Shown here in pieces: positions 1 to 12,845 of a DNA stretch of 64,000 nt. The notes beneath the pieces are model-generated. The model did not search any database. It was given only the letters and a program-made list of their open reading frames with translations, and was not told the origin of the DNA. This DNA is from Chiloscyllium plagiosum (lineage: Eukaryota). The stretch's first letter is position 1. Each line of letters begins with the position of its first letter. Position numbers and translations under genes: made by a program. The stretch lies in contig NC_057718.1 of NCBI RefSeq assembly GCF_004010195.1, positions 22,418,963-22,482,962 of the forward strand, written 5' to 3'.

Positions 1-240
1 CCTTGTGTCTTCGGTCCTTTTCTACTAGGCAGTAGAGGTTGCGGGTTTGAAAGGTGGTGTCAGTGGGCCTTGGTGATTTCCTACAACACATCTTGTAGGT
101 AGTACACACTGCTGCCTCTTTTGTGAGTGATGAAGAGACTAACTATTGAAGATGATGGATAAAAGTGTTACTTTAACTGGATGGTGTCAGCTTCTTGGTG
201 TTTTTGAGAATTGGAGAGTATTCCATCACACTTCTGACCT
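1..240 (-). mobile_element. Degenerate LINE 3' fragment (L2/Crack-like shark family)
   Basis: The reverse complement resembles the 3' coding region of the LINE family also seen at 12076-12845. Recognised by eye only. Confidence 0.45.
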
Positions 241-597
241 ATGTCATTACCATGTCAACTCTTCTCCCTTCCATACCCTAAATGCCTGACAACTGCTTCA
301 GGTCTTCCAAAAGGGACATGATTAAAATGAATTGAAGGGCGAGTCAACCTCCTTACTTATTACATAACACAGGTCAGGTATCATATTGTTATTGTATTAT
401 AATTTTTGATAAAATTCCCAACTCTTATGAAATGGCACAGAAAAATAAGGTGGGCTAATCAATTATATCTTGCACAATGTTGATAGCATGCAATTTTTAT
501 TTCTACATTTTATGCTTTGACATAAATATAATAAAACCATCAATAATCAGTTCAATTGTTTCGTTACTGTACTTTGTATTAAATCTGTGATTTTATG

Positions 598-905
598 CCC
601 CAAGAGGGAATAATCTCAGAGTAAGGGGTCACCTAATTAGGAAAGAGATAAGGGTGAATTTCTTCTGTCAGAGGATAGTGAGCCTGAAGCATTGTTTACC
701 ACAAAGAGCTATCAAGTCTGGGTCATTTAGTATATACAAGGTTAAAATGGACAGATTTGTAATCAGTAAGGGAATAAAAGGTTATGGGGAAAAGGCAAGA
801 AAGTGGAGTTGATGATTATCAGATCAGTCATGGTCTCATTGTGTGGTGGAGTCGACCCGATGAACTGAATGGCCTATTTATGCTCCCATACTGTACCATC
901 TTATA
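598..905 (+). mobile_element. CR1 LINE 3' end fragment
   Basis: CR1 terminal motifs: agaggg.ataatctcagagtaaggggtcac..., ttcttctgtcagaggatagtga..., and the gaatggcctatt...ctccc tail. Confidence 0.7.
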
Positions 906-2624
906 GTCTAATGGAGTTAATCCTAATTCAGGCCCTACATCTGAGGTTGCTGAGGTATTTATTTGATTGGGCTGGGTTGCCATTGGCTTCCTGATTACTT
1001 TAACTTTCAGAGTACCTTTGCCTCGAAGGCTGTAAGGAAGCTTTAAGCGTTGCATTTGCCAATGACAATGTGCAAGGGATATCCACCCCCATCAGATCTA
1101 AATATATCTGCAGGAAATTAGCACAGTACTTAGACCTAATGCTCTAAATTCCATTTAATGGAGTTAAAAAAAAAATCAAGGGATGTTGGTAGCACAGCCA
1201 GCATTTGTTTACAATCCTTACTTGCCCTTGAAAATGTGGTGGTGAGATGTCTTGAACCGCTGAGTCCACATGGTATAGTTGCACTCACAATGCTATTGGG
1301 AAGGGATATTGACTAGTGGCAATGCAGAAACAGTGGCTACCAATATGGCCAGAATGTTTATTATGTGCCAGAAAGAGCTGAATATTAATATTGTAACAAC
1401 AGTGCAAGTAAAAGGAACTGATCACAGAAGTTGGAATGATGTAAGGAAAAGGGAGGGTTGTGGATCTAGTTGAAGAACTATATCAGAAGCCTGGCACAGA
1501 CATACTGGGTCAAGTGGTCAAATTCTGTAAAAGTCTGATGTGTACATTCCAGAATTTGTAGAATTTCAATAAGAGTAAATTTGATGAGCTTCACCTGATG
1601 TGGACTGGATGTTTGAAAGGCCACAGGGTCAGGACCAAGTACAAGCATGCTTGATAATTGAGGCTCTGCAATTCTCTTGTGATCCCAACAACTTCAGGAC
1701 AGTTTTGAATTTTCAAAGAGCCATTGGAGGTGAATGCAATGATCACTTGTTTGTCACCACTTAATGGCTTTTTAACTTCCCTGAGGGGCTTGTCCTGTGC
1801 ATTTAGTGCACAGCCTGTCAGTTTTGACATTCCGTCAGAGATGCCCTGAAATCTAATATGTGCGGCTACCTAGCACTGACATAATCATGGTTCCTAACCT
1901 TCTTTTCTATCTCTGCTGTCTTGACTCATTTTGCCTCCAGGGTCTTGCCAGGAGCTGCCTGCTCTAATCACCACAGCAGCGGCAGTGTCCAATATGGCTG
2001 CTGCCTGCCTTTGCTATTAATGCCAGTCAGACAACTCCTGCTTTCTAGAGATTCTTGAAGCCTCTAAGTAAGTTCTGAGTTTGTCTCCTGGCTGGTTAGA
2101 ACAACATGAATTTAAAAATCTCATTCACCACAGTGCCTCATTGTGGATACGGGGGTGCAGAATTCACCCAGGTGATGGATTTACAACCCTACATTGAAAG
2201 TTGGTGTCTTACCTCATTTTTAAGTCTATATGCAGCCAGTTTTTAATACACTTTTACTGTGTATTCTTTTTCACAAATTCTCTATTTTAGTTGCAATTAT
2301 GATGGGCCAAATTGATATTGCTTGTTGAAGTTTTTGTAATAGGCTCCTAAGTTAGTGATCAAATGAACCGATTTTTCTGAATAGATGTGCAAGAGTAATT
2401 TGAGCTTCTACAGGTTTCAACAAGTGCCTTTGAACAGCAGCCGGTATCTTTGCACTTCTGAAGGTCTTTTATTCCAGTAAGTTTTCAAAATGTCCAGATG
2501 TGGAAGAAATATGCACCTTGAGACGGTTATTCAGAACCATGAGTTTTGTGAATATCTACACATTGTGGTAAATGACAAATGGAGAAAGGCAGACTCCACA
2601 TAATTAATTTTCTTGTCCTCTAAG

Positions 2625-2758
2625 GTTTTAGATGTGTTATGCTCTCTGTGTGTGTGTCACAGAGTTGCTGTGCGATCTAACCAGCATCTAATATGTGACA
2701 ACCTGCTACCAGGAAGAGACCTACTGCTCCAAACACGACTCATCAACCATGTCAGCAG
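2625..2758 (+). CDS. RYR2: Ryanodine receptor 2 coding exon (equivalent to human exon ~19), 134 nt
   Basis: AG|GTTTTA...GTCAGCAG|GT. Translates [44 protein letters not shown](S), with the RYR2-type [15 protein letters not shown] motif. Not in the ORF track. Confidence 0.95.
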
Positions 2759-3804
2759 GTAACATTAAAATCACCTCAGTGATCTACATTCACAATTACT
2801 GTTCTTTTAAATGCCACAAACATAGCAAGCCAATATATTGATATTTTTAAATTAATTACAAATACAGTTGTGATTCTCCTGCGGGACAGATGCCATTTAA
2901 AATACAGGTCTGAATTATAAGAATAGGGGCCTACGTGGACTTTCATATGATTGACTGGCATTCCATTTCCTCAGCTCATTTCCTCAGCCAGCTCACTTGC
3001 TTGGAGATTGTATTGATGTGAGGGGATAATTGGCAGGGCTATCACCCACAAGTATGTGTTCATGAGTTGAGGAACTTCATGCCTGTTGTCAGCAGCTTAC
3101 TAGGATTAGCAGGGACTAATGCAGCTGCTGAGGGGGAAGGAGGTGGCGGAGGTTGTTGAAGGGGCAGGTGGGATGGGTGCTTGTGCATGTGCAGGCAGCA
3201 CTCATGGCAAACCTCCAGAGGGAAGAACCAGCGTTAACAATATAGTAACACTTGTATATGAATATACAGCCATATTGGAGCACTCCATTTTCAAGCAAGC
3301 ATCAGTATGTGTCACAGTGCCTCCATGCTCAGAGATAAATAAGATTTTCCTTAATGTTCTCAAGTTGTCACTGCTTATCTAACTTTTCATATTACTAGAT
3401 GTGAACATTTAAGAGTAGGTCCAGCCTGTAATAACAGCAGACATAAATGTTTTCAGGTTTTAGAAGTATGTGGAGGATTGAATCTTATGTATTTTTCTAC
3501 TAAGTGTGAATTGCATTGTGGTTTTTGAGAGACTTTTCACCATGAGGTCCAGCGAATGTACTTACTGTATCTTACCAAACAGACCTCATTAACTATCTAC
3601 CTTGCCCCTATGGTGTCCCTCAAGTAGAGCTTGCTCCTCTCTGGATATCACTGAAAGACCCAGCATCCATGGTGTCTGCACTATCTTGAAAAGGTATCTG
3701 TACACCTGGATGAGCATTGACATTCTAAAGCTGTCCGGTTCACTCAAGGATGGGGTTGGAAGATATTGGAGAAGAGGAAGATGAGTCTTTTCTGCACCCT
3801 CTCA

Positions 3805-4228
3805 TTATGATGAGCTTGTACAGGACGTTGATGAGGCCTCTTGTGGAGTGCTGCATCCAGTTCTGGTCTCCCTGTAAGGGGAAGGATACTATTATCCTGG
3901 AGAAGGTTTTGAAGAGAGTTACCAGGATGTTCCCAGAATTGGAGGGCTTGAGTTATAAGGAGAGGTTGGATAGGCTGGACACTGGAGCATGGGAAGTTGA
4001 GAAGTGACCTTATAAGTTCATGAGGCATATGCATAGGATGAATGCAAGTGTCTTTTCCTTAGGATTGGGGATTTCAAGACTAGGGAGCATACATTTAAAG
4101 AGGGATGTTTGGAGGGATATGGACAAAATGCAGGCAAGTGGGACTAGTTTAGTTTGGGATTATGGTTGGCGTGGACTGATTGGATAAAAGGTCTGTTTCC
4201 ATGGCGTATGACTTCATGACTCTCTAGT
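3805..4228 (+). mobile_element. CR1/HER1 LINE 3' fragment
   Basis: Encodes MMSLYRTLMRPLVECCIQFWSP...RVTRMFPELEGLSYKERLDRL, followed by the HER1-type tail ending atgactct. Confidence 0.85.
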
Positions 4229-4848
4229 GCAGTCATATCCTTCCTATAGTGTGGTGACCAAGGTTGCACACAGTACTCCAGCCATGGCCGAATCAACATT
4301 GTACAAAGCTACTTTTTAAAATTGCAAGAGCAAAGAATTCCAAAAAGTGACATCCAGGAAATGGGTTTGATCAGGTTTGAAAAATTGCAGAAGTGAACAG
4401 AGAATGATTGGGACCAGGAACCAAAAATATTGGTTGCTTTGTTGGAGAAGGAAATTTTAAGATAAATCCATCATTTAAACGATGGAGACTTACTATGGAT
4501 CTTGCATATCCCCCACCATGAGCCATTTTGGTATCCCGCAGTGAAGAGTACTAACATACAATGCAATGATGCTACTGACATTTTCCTGATTGATGTACCA
4601 CCCTCTCCTGGTGGGTGGGAAGGATTTTCCAATAGTGTCATCTTGCAGCCTCAAAGTTTTAGATGGTGAATTACTGGGGTTGCAAACTTATTGTAATCAG
4701 GTTACATCTCAAATCTCACATATACCACTTCTCCAACAGGCAGATGATAGTGGAATTGTTGTGTTCAAATGCGGGTTAGCATTTTACAAAAATTGAGATG
4801 AAGTTTTCTCTGATGAAGAAGTACGATGCATTTGTTTTCTGTTTTCAG

Positions 4849-5090
4849 TATGAGGCCCAATGTCTTTCTGGGAATAAGTGAGGGTGCTGCCCAATACAAG
4901 AAGTGGTATTATGAACTAATCGTGGACCATGTTGACCCCTTTGTGACAACAGAAGCCACACATCTTCGAGTCGGTTGGGCTTCAACAGATGGTTACTCAC
5001 CATGCCCTGGAGGGGGTGAGGGATGGGGAGGGAATGGCGTTGGAGATGACCTTTACTCCTATGGATTTGATGGACTGCACTTATGGTCAG
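4849..5090 (+). CDS. RYR2: RYR2 exon (~20), 242 nt, start of SPRY1
   Basis: ttttcAG|T ATG AGG CCC...TGG TCA G|GTAAGT. Translates [27 protein letters not shown]...[10 protein letters not shown]. Phase matches the previous exon. Confidence 0.96.
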
Positions 5091-5639
5091 GTAAGTTAGG
5101 AACTATAACAATTTATGCAGCTTATTGAAAATGCAAAGCTTGAGTCTTCATCCAGAATATTCATCTTCTCAACTTAAATATCTACTTAAAAAGTTCATGT
5201 TAATATTGAGAAATGTTTAAACCAAAACCATCTGGCACATGTCATAGTGGTTGCTGTGAAATATGGCCTGTTCATGGTTTGTCGGAAGCAGCTCGATGAT
5301 TTGTTTGTATGGCTATTATATGCAAACGTATGCTACTTTCATGGTTAATGTTAAATCTTTTTGTGTGAAGTTTTCAAAGTTTTAAGATATTACTAGACTA
5401 ATTTTAGACTTAGTTTTATCTCCCATATTGGGCACATGGATGTCTTTTAGCATTTGAGAACATGTATTATCAGAATATCCATTTTTTTAAAAATCAAATA
5501 AAACCTTTATGAAGAATCAGTATTGATATTAGCTTTCAAAATGTAACGTAACATTAATTGATATCCAGTTTAAACCAGTGACCCTTATAGTATGAGGAAA
5601 AGAAAAGGAGGGAGGGAAAGAGATATCGGGGAGGGGGTG

Positions 5640-5702
5640 AGTGAGAGAGGGAGAGATCGCGGAAGGAGAGAGAGAGAGAGAGAGAGAGATTAGGGAGAGA
5701 GA
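5640..5702. repeat. (GA)n purine-rich microsatellite
   Basis: Run of gagagagagagagagagagaga. Confidence 0.85.
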
Positions 5703-6097
5703 CCCTTTTAATATGAGGAAAGGAACATGCATTTATATCACTCATTCAGTATGTCTGGAAGCACCTCAGAATCTGCTGTTTATTTCTGGACTCCATCCAC
5801 AGTTTTCATAGACAAATGTAGCAGAGCATATGTTTACCACAAGGTCCGTAGATAAGAAGAGAGACCAGTCAATGAGTTTAATTGGTTCATGGAGGGATGC
5901 TGACCAGGCAAAGCCTCTGCTCTTCCTTAAACAAGGAGCAATGAGGTCTGTTACATCAAGTTGAAGAGCCACTCAGGGCTTCCTTTCAGCAGCTCCATCA
6001 AAGCACTGTATTTCCAACCAGGTAACAATGCCCCAGCTACAGTGAGAAATCTATTTTACTGATCTGAATCATGGGTCAGTCAGAAAGTCATGGAGAG

Positions 6098-6322
6098 AGT
6101 GAGGACTGCAGATGCTGGAGATTAGAGTCAAGATTAGAGTGGTGCTGGAAAAGCATAGCAGGTCAGGCAACATCTGAGGAGCAGGAAAATCGATGTTTCG
6201 GACAGGCGCCCTTCATCAGAAATCAGGATTTCTGATGAAGGGCTCCTGCCTGAAACGTCAATTTTCCTGCTCCTCAGATGCTGCTTGACCTGCTGTGATT
6301 TTCCAGCACCATCTAATCTTGA
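6098..6322. mobile_element. Penelope-derived fold-back (hairpin) mini-element, family A
   Basis: Inverted arms centred at ~6225. 17-bp TSD cagaaagtcatggagag at 6081-6097 and 6323-6339. Hammerhead-like cores on both strands. Confidence 0.88.
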
Positions 6323-7474
6323 CAGAAAGTCATGGAGAGCCCATCATTCATGATTTCCTGCACATGCTGTGGTGATTTGACTTCATACTATTTATCTGAC
6401 ATCTCAGATCTTGAACCTACACTGAGGTCCAATTTGGCTTGCACTGATTGACCTTTAGTCAGGTGGAGAGTCATTCACAAGAGACAAATCTGTGCAAGGG
6501 AACATTGGAGGAAGAGGTCCAATAGGATTGGTGCTTTTTAAGGGATGAGGGTTAATCCTGAGGAGTGCACAAAGTTTCACCCAATATAATGTTGTCAAAT
6601 GGCCTCAGGTGGAAGAACAGCTTTGGGTCTCAAAGGAGTAAGACTTATTATCAAAGTCTCCCTTATAGTCTCAATAACAATGTCTATGAGATTAATGATA
6701 CTTGTACCTAGTTGTTATCTTGCAATAAGCTCCATCCTGTTTAAGACCACCAAGTGGTTATCCTCTACCAGACCTACAAGGTTCTGCAGATCCCGAACAG
6801 GAATGAGGATGATGGTAGCAGATCTACTAAATGGATCATATGAAGCAACAAACTGTGATGAGGATCCAGGGCTGGTGAACAACAGGCAACAAATGAGTCA
6901 ATCGGGTAGCCACTGGACATAGGGATTCGGGTTTGGAGTTAATTGACCTTGTGTTAAGGCGGTGTATGAAGCTTCCAGTGGTGGAGTGGGAGATTGCAAT
7001 TGGTGCCTGGTTGACTGGGTGGAGGTCAAAGGCCTCATGGAAGTTTGACATTGGGTGCCAAATGGTGTGGCTGCTCAGGCTGTTACTTTGATCCAGAGGT
7101 TCGATGCAAAACCCCTTACCCTCTTTGAGGATGCTGCTGGGTTCCCCAGTGCTCAGAAAATCCAGCCAAGTGCAGTTAAGTATTGAATGTTGATTGCTAT
7201 TCAGGCTTGTGGCCTCATAATTATAGTTAGAAACTACTGTGAATAAACTGTAATGTTTCTGTCATGTTTCATTTCCAGTGGCAGTGTACATGTCAATATT
7301 GTAAATCAGTTGTATTTTCTGTTATGGTGTAGCTTATGGTCTTTTAGTGCAGTCATTTCTTAATTGCGTTTCTCAATTCTCAAAACCTGTACTTTTAGAA
7401 TCTGTGGTCATTTTCAAAAGCACCTTCCGGTTCTTTTAGACGATAGAAATACTGCTAATCGTCTTTGTGAATCT

Positions 7475-7680
7475 TACACAGTGGTAGTGCTCTCAACTGA
7501 GGCGGGGGTGGGGGGGGGAGCACAGCAAGGTTCAAGCCCTACTGGAGGGACATGTTCACATAGCCTGGGAATATCCTAGTGCTGAAGGAATGCTGCACTG
7601 TTGGAAGAGCTGTGATTTGGATGAAGTGTTAGTTTGTCTACCCCCTTAGGTGGCTCTAAAGGTAATAACTGCAATTAGCA
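7475..7680 (+). mobile_element. Degenerate tRNA-headed SINE with Deu-like core
   Basis: ggttcaagccc B-box followed by gtgctgaaggaatgctgcactgttggaagagctgtgatttggatgaag, resembling the DeuSINE core. Similar relics at ~8580-8830 (+) and ~43400-43660 (-). Confidence 0.5.
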
Positions 7681-8095
7681 GACACAGTTATCTGGCTCAG
7701 CTTCATCTTGTCCCTTTTCTAAAGTAGTTATTATTAGCCAAGTTGTCCATGTGCAATGCATTCTGCAGAAATAGCATTCCAGTCATCCTAGCTCTCACAC
7801 TCCCGTGTCTCCCAAAACAGCATTCCTACGCTTTCTTGTGCTAGTGTAAACCTACTTTCCTACTTCAGACTTTGTATGACCTGGTGTTGAAACTTTGAGG
7901 TGTGAGCGTGGGGGAGTTGCAGATATGACTCGTTGAGGGAATGGGAAGCATTGATGGAAAGGCATGGTTTTCTTCAGTTAAACACAAACATCTACCTATT
8001 CACAGACATTTTTTTATGTCCATTAGGCCACACCTGCCAAAACAAAATTATGGTAAAAGCTCAGTCCGGATTCCATTGCAGCCATTGTTACTTCA

Positions 8096-8460
8096 ACAGG
8101 TTTAATTGGAAGCATTAGTTTTCGGAGCACCGATCCTTCATCAGGTGGTTGTGGAGGACACAATTAATTACAAAAATAAAGTTTTGTGATTTACATATGA
8201 AAAGTGAAACTATCATGGTATTCGAACAGATGAAAGACTCAACAAACAATCAAGGTATTTTTCAATGTATAATTTCAGTTACATCACACTGTAAACTTTT
8301 GCTATAACTTCTGTGTCTTACAATTGTGTCCTCCATCACCACCTGGTGAAGGAGTGACGCTCCAAAAGCTAGTGTTTCCAATTAAACCTGTTGGACTATA
8401 ACCTGGTGTTGAGTGAATTTTAACTTTGTACACTCCAGTCCAACACCGGCATCTCCAAAT
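8096..8460 (+). mobile_element. Penelope-derived element with inverted 5' arm, family B
   Basis: 8094-8165 is the inverse of 8321-8393. TSD cattgttacttca at 8083-8095 and 8461-8473. Decayed hammerhead cores in both arms. Confidence 0.8.
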
Positions 8461-8949
8461 CATTGTTACTTCAGAGTTCATGTCCCAGAATGTCATCTTG
8501 TGCCATTTGACCCACAGTTTGGAAAGCCCCTGTAGTATTCATACAAGAACAAGGAGCTTATGCACATAGTCTAAGCATAACCTAGTACTGAGAAAATGCT
8601 GCAGTGTTGGAAGAGCCATATTTCAGCTGAGTATTGTGGCTAATAAATATTTTTCAAACTAGATCACAAAAAAAATAGATCTAGCCATGTATTTCACTGC
8701 TGTGTGTTGGGCTTTACAGGGCATTTATTATTGGTTGCAGTGTTTCTTAGATATCAAATTAATTATACTTGAAAAGTCTTCTGTTGGCTGTAAAGTATCA
8801 TAAAGTGTCATAAGGTGGTGATGTGCATTGTTCTTTCATTCAAATGTAGAAGGATTTGTTTCAGACTAACCCTAACCCTGTTAATTCTAGTCCACTTGAT
8901 GTGCTTTAGCTTCTCTGTGTGCTTATGCCAGGATTATAATTTTGAAGCT

Positions 8950-9148
8950 GGGGGGTCAGTTAGCTCAGTTGGCTAGACAGCTGGTTTGTAATGTGGAGTC
9001 AAAGCAACTGTGCGGGTTCAATTGCCATGCAGCTGAAAATCCCTACCTTCTCAACTGTGATGTTTCTCCAGTTAAACTCAGTGAGCCATATCTCTCTCGA
9101 ATAAGAAAATAGCCCAAAGGACCTCTGGGTGATGGTTACTTTCACCTG
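8950..9148 (+). mobile_element. tRNA-derived SINE relic
   Basis: ggtcagttagctcagttggctagacagctgg...gggttcaattgcc gives A/B boxes. The tail resembles 29760-29840. Confidence 0.55.
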
Positions 9149-9650
9149 GCAGCAAGAGGCAAGTACTTAATGATGCATCAGCCCAGTTGTTGTCTGCCTG
9201 GATGCCAATTACTAGAGCAACTTTATTTGTTGTACTGGAAATAAATCTTCAGCCTGGTGACTGGAGTCTGATATTGGTCTGAAATGTTAATCACATGCAG
9301 GGAGGTTAATAGTGCATAGCGAAGAATTTTGTTGAAAACGTAGCAATAGGTGGATCTAAGGCTGGTCCTGCATCACTGATACCCACCTAAATCTTTATGC
9401 CAGCCTCTGCACACGAGGCCAGTGTTGATACCAACTGGGGGGTTAGGCTGACCCTCATTCACTGGAATAATAAATGGATTTCACTAATCAATATAAGTGC
9501 TACTATTTACAATTGCATCTGTTAAAGTCTTGATAAAGAATCGCACAATAGTCAATTTTTTACATCATTTGATTTCAGATGCTAGCTCGAATTGTGTATC
9601 TTGTCAGATCAAAAAGACTGACATTGGAAATCAGGTCATTTTCTGTATTC

Positions 9651-10783
9651 ATAGAATGAATAGAATCCCTCCAGTGTGAAAACAGGCCCTTTGGCCCAAC
9701 AGGTCCACACTGACCCTCTGAAGAGTATCACCCCCAGACCCATTCCCCTACCCTATTACTCTATATTTACCTTTGGCTAATGCACTTAACCTACACATCC
9801 CTGAACTCTATGGACAATTTAGTATGGCCAATTTATCTAATCTGCACAACTTTGAATTGTGGGAGGAAACCAGAACACCCTGTGGAAACTCACACAGACA
9901 CGGGGAGAACATACAAACTTCACATAGATAGTCGCCCAAGGCTGGAATTGAACCCAGATCCCTGGTGCTGTGAGGCAGCAGTGCCAACCTCTTGGCACCT
10001 TCCCCTGCCACCGCAGGAATTGCAAAACCTGCGCCCACACCTCCCTCCTCACCTCCATCCAAGGCCCAAAAGGAGGCTTCTGCATCCATCAAAGTTTCAT
10101 CTGCACATCCACCAATATCGTTTATTGTATCCATTTCTCCCGATGCGGTTTCCTCTACATTGGGGAGACTGGATGCCTTCTCGCAGAATGCTTTAGGGAA
10201 CATCTCCGGGACACCCACACCAATCAACTCCACTGCTTGTGGCCCAACATTTCAACTCCCCCTCCCACTCTTCTGAAGACATGCAGGTCCTGGGCCTTCT
10301 CCACCGCCGCTCCCTCACCACCCGACACCTGGAGGAAGACCGCCTCATCTTCTGCTTTGTAACACTTCAACCCCAGGGCATCAATGTGGACTTCACCAGT
10401 TTCCTCATTGCCCCACCTTACCCCAGTTCCAACCTGCCAGTTCAGCACATCCTCATGACCTGTCCTACCTGCCAATCTCCCTTCCCACCTATCTGCTCCA
10501 CCCTCCTCTCTGACCTATCACCTTCAGCCTCACCTCCATCCACATATTGTACTCTTGGCTACCTTCTCCCCAGCCCCAACGCCCTCCCATTTATCTCTCC
10601 AATGCGGAGGCTCCCTGCCTCATTCTTGATGAAGGGCTTTTGCCCGAAACATCGATTTTCCTGCTCCTTGAATGCTGCCTGACCTGCTGTGCTTTTTCAG
10701 CACCACTCTAATCTAGACTCTGATCACCAGCATCTGCAGTCCTCACTTTTGCCTAGCAGTGCTAACCACTGAGCCCCTGTGCC
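9651..10783 (-). mobile_element. HE1-type SINE split by a Penelope insertion
   Basis: SINE body (tgtgggaggaaaccagaacaccc...ggaattgaacccag) at 9651-9989 and tRNA head at 10755-10783. Confidence 0.85.
9990..10754 (+). mobile_element. 5'-truncated Penelope-like element (GIY-YIG + 3' pLTR), family A
   Basis: Encodes GTFPCHRRNCKTCAH...FICTSTNIVYCIHFSRCGFLYIGETG...FREH, the GIY-YIG endonuclease with a Cys-rich linker. TSD agcagtgc(c/t)aacc at 9977-9989 and 10755-10767. Confidence 0.9.
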
Positions 10784-11081
10784 ATATTCGATAGGTTAGC
10801 TTCATGGCTGGCCACCCACTCTGAATTAAAGGCACTTATGCCATGTTGTCAAAGGCCAATTAATGTGTTACCATAATGTGCTACTATTGTGCCATGTCAA
10901 AAATTGTCTGCCTGCCATGATTTCAATATCGCAATTCATCTGAGGCAACAAATTTAAATAGATTGTTTAATAATTATCAAATGAACATTTCCCTTCCTTC
11001 CCAACAGTGGGAAGTCTATCCAGTGTGATATTCAGAAAAAGAGGTAATATTATCTAAATTTGTCATTCTGTTTGTCTTTAG

Positions 11082-11274
11082 GTTGTATCGCCCGAACAGT
11101 AAGTTCACCAAATCAGCACCTCCTAAAAGCAGATGATGTTATCAGCTGTTGTCTGGATTTAAGTGCTCCAAGCATTTCCTTCCGAATTAATGGACAGCCA
11201 GTACAGGGGATGTTTGAAAACTTCAACACCGATGGGCTCTTCTTTCCTGTGGTCAGCTTCTCTACAGGAGTAAA
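11082..11274 (+). CDS. RYR2: RYR2 exon (~21), 193 nt, SPRY1
   Basis: ctttAG|GT TGT ATC...GTA AA|GTAAGT. Translates [64 protein letters not shown]. Confidence 0.96.
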
Positions 11275-12075
11275 GTAAGTTATTCTTCCACCCTGTGTTC
11301 ATTTCAGTTTGATGTTGATCTCACGGTGTGTTGATATTGCACGGAAGACGGTTGAATATCGTGAATCTGATACCAATTGGTTGCAATGTTCTGGCAGTAG
11401 ACGCATTCTAGCACATTATATTGGAAAAGTCATATGATTACAACAGTAGCAGGTTAAATCAGTTTAGCTGTTTTGGCTGTGAATACAGAGAGTATGGAGA
11501 TGGAAAACTATAAACAGAGGAATGACGTGAAGGGCACTGCCAGGATATCTTCATCTAGTCCACGAGCATCTGTACAGACTCCAGTTCCCTCAGGGAAATA
11601 TCCCCTCACCACTTTGCTCCATTGTACTCCACCTTCCCATTCATCATCCTGGCATAGCCTTCTCTTGGACGGATATTTGCTATAAAAACCACTGCTGAAA
11701 ACCTCACCATAAAATCTTTATCAAACAACAAATCCAATGTACATTAATATGCTGGTTTTGTTGGTTCTCTTCCCTGCCCTGTGAGTGTGACAGTGGGAGA
11801 GAGAGAGTGAGAGATGAGTGTATGTGTGTGTGTGTGTAGTGCTTTGGACCTCAGTCTTTGGGCATGGGCAACATGCAGGCAATAGTGAGGACATGGGTGT
11901 GAGCCTGCATGCTGTCAATCTGCAAGAAGGTAGCAAATTGCTGCAGCATGAGATCAGTGCCTCTCCCACAGCATTCTTGGTCATCTGTTGCACTGCTGCA
12001 AGAGCTTTCAGTGCAACATCCTGGTGCTCAACTTGTGCAGTTTCTCATTTCAGCCAGCTGCAGTCATTTCCCATT

Positions 12076-12845
12076 GAATGGCTGAAGGTCCTGGACTCTG
12101 CAAAGGCTATGGGCCCTGACAACATTCCAACAATACTACTGAAGACTTGTGATCTGGAACTTGTCAGTCCCCCAGTCAAGCTCTTTGAGTACAGTTACAA
12201 CAATGGTACTAATCTGACAATGTGGAAAATTGCCCAGGTATGTCCTGTATCCAAACAAACAGGACAAATTCAGCCCAGTCAATTACTGTACCATCAGGCT
12301 ACTCTTGATCATCAGTAAAGTGAAGAAAGGTGTCATCAACAGTGTTACCAAGCAGTATGTGCTTAGCAATAACCCGCTCAGTGATGCCACTCAACTCCTG
12401 ACCTCATTGTAGCCTTGGACTGAACATGGAGAAAAGAGCTGAATTCCAGAGGGTGCCTGCTGTAGACGTCAAGTCTTCATTTGACCGTGAATGGCAATAA
12501 GGAGGACTAGTAAAACTAGAATCAGTAGAAATCAGGATAAAACTTTCCATTGGTTGGAGTCATAGCTGGCACATAGGAAAATGGTTGTGTTTGTTGGAGG
12601 TCAGTCACCTCAACACCAGGGATATCTCCAGGGATTCCTCAGAGTAGTGTCCTCAGTGTGAAGCATCTTCACATGCTTCATCAATGACTTTCCCTCCATC
12701 ATAAGGTCAGAAGTGGGGATGATCGCTGATGATTGTCCGATGTTCAGCACCATTTACGACTCCTCAGATATTGAGGCAGTCCGTGTCCAAGCTTGGGTTG
12801 ACAACTGGCAAGTACCAAGTGCATCACATAAGTGCCAGGCAATGA
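12076..12845 (+). mobile_element. Degenerate LINE reverse transcriptase fragment (L2/Crack-like)
   Basis: Encodes LDSAKAMGPDNIPTILLKTC...WKIAQVCPV, KQDKFSPVNY.TI.LL.IISKV, then PQSSVLS and IADD-like motifs, with frameshifts. Confidence 0.75.

Noticed and set aside
5398..5407. MEF2-like site ctaattttag
   Set aside because: A single AT-rich match with no conservation data.
6345..7170. Possible second Harbinger relic
   Set aside because: Only faint motif resemblance, too degenerate to support.
8866..8879. Interstitial telomere-like ctaaccctaaccct
   Set aside because: Only about two units, which is expected by chance.
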